Source of the DNA: Acidimicrobiia bacterium
Lineage (GTDB): Bacteria; Actinomycetota; Acidimicrobiia; IMCC26256; PALSA-610
Direction of reading: 5' to 3'
NCBI GenBank assembly: GCA_038202885.1
Contig: JBBREP010000001.1
Coordinates: 25,350-89,349 of the forward strand
DNA length: 64,000 nucleotides
A program made the translations under genes and the position numbers. Position 1 is the first letter of the stretch, and the number at the start of each line of letters is the position of its first letter. Below, one piece after another: positions 63,397-64,000 of the stretch. The notes under the pieces are model-generated. The model was not told where the DNA came from. It searched no databases and saw only the letters and a list, made by a program, of their open reading frames with translations.

Positions 63397-64000
63397 ACGT
63401 GCGCCGCGCTGCTGCTGGTGCCGTCGTTGCTGCGCTCCTCGCCGCGTCGTGTTCGGGGTCGTCGTCGAACACGGCGAGCTCGCCCGACGCGCGCCTGTCG
63501 GCAGCCGAGTACCGATACGGCGCGTCGCCGACCCGCAACAGCCACGTCACCTACCAACCCGATGTCGTGATCCCCGGTGGCGGCGCATCGAGTGTCCGGT
63601 CGGTCAGCGCCGACGGGCTGACGTGGACGCTCGACGGGCACGCAACCGACGTCGACAAGCTCGTGCCGGGCAAGATCCTGTTCGTCACCAACCGCGGTGC
63701 GGGGCGCGTGCTCGGCACGCGCAAGGTGGGCGGCGATGTCGCGGTCACGATCGGTCCCGCCGCGATCACCGACGTGATCCGCGACGCGAACCTTTCGCAG
63801 TCCGGACCGCTCGACACCAAATCGATCCAGTTCCGACCGGGTCCGATGATTCCCGGCAACGTCGTGCAGATCGGGAAGTCTGCGAGCACAACCACGACGT
63901 CGGCGCAGGGCGCGAGTGCCGACGGGTCGCGGCCAGTGACCTTCGAACCGGCTGCCATGCGGGCGGCCGCATCGACCCCACCGCTGCCCAATGGCACGCT
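63393..64000 (+). CDS. Lipoprotein, unknown function (3' end beyond the window)
   Basis: GTG 63393 overlaps the upstream stop (GTGA). VNVRRAAAGAVVAALLAASCSGSS carries a lipobox. I translated the frame by hand and it stays open to the window end. Confidence 0.5.
   Translation, partial: MNVRRAAAGAVVAALLAASCSGSSSNTASSPDARLSAAEYRYGASPTRNSHVTYQPDVVIPGGGASSVRSVSADGLTWTLDGHATDVDKLVPGKILFVTNRGAGRVLGTRKVGGDVAVTIGPAAITDVIRDANLSQSGPLDTKSIQFRPGPMIPGNVVQIGKSASTTTTSAQGASADGSRPVTFEPAAMRAAASTPPLPNGT

Overview
Very GC-rich, densely coding, actinobacterial-type chromosomal window. I count about 65 supportable CDS and one tRNA. There is no rRNA, no CRISPR array and no intact mobile element.

(1) 1-19.8 kb holds conserved origin-proximal housekeeping blocks. 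In order: trxA-trxB, an ECF sigma/anti-sigma pair, degV, murJ, an Rv3909-like secreted protein, an HDAC-family deacetylase, an orphan pilT, cca, a methyltransferase, ino1, a DUF5318 protein, panB, rpsF-ssb-rpsR-rplI-dnaB and nucS.

(2) 19.9-39.3 kb is an envelope and glycan-assembly locus. A 7-gene minus-strand operon encodes GT2, a deacetylase, a GT2-GT4 fusion, GT4, a flippase, a GT-C-like protein and a membrane protein. It is flanked by a beta-helix lipoprotein, a 7-repeat FG-GAP secreted protein, a second GT-C-like protein translationally coupled to msrA, and an S1 protease fused to FG-GAP/VCBS repeats. A histidine phosphatase and a thiolase follow.

(3) 39.5-48.5 kb holds crgA, trpG and a tightly coupled fhaA-fhaB-pstP-rodA-pbpA-pknB operon. 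The operon has no pknA and is extended by a mutY-like gene. It ends at tRNA-Leu(CAG).

(4) 48.5-64 kb is a variable region next to the tRNA. It contains a TetR-GNAT-HAD operon, two PIN-toxin TA modules, gene fragments, a Cys-rich secreted protein with an internal duplication, a cyclase-STAND-TPR protein without a DNA-binding domain, a PHM/DBH-like copper monooxygenase fused to an amicyanin-like cupredoxin, and a 4-gene lipoprotein operon.

The most notable unexplained signals are:
- the monooxygenase-cupredoxin fusion and the adjacent lipoprotein operon;
- a cluster of seven CCACAGG (DnaA-box-like) motifs upstream of dnaB, plus an inverted pair downstream of crgA;
- a 53-nt element present twice (92 percent identity), each copy just 3' of an unrelated gene;
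- a family of short GC-rich intergenic repeats (CCGGACGRAGTAGGCGCA).

Many long ORFs in the six-frame track are antisense artefacts of the GC-rich sequence and were rejected. All calls rest on reading the sequence and on remembered family motifs. No database search was run.
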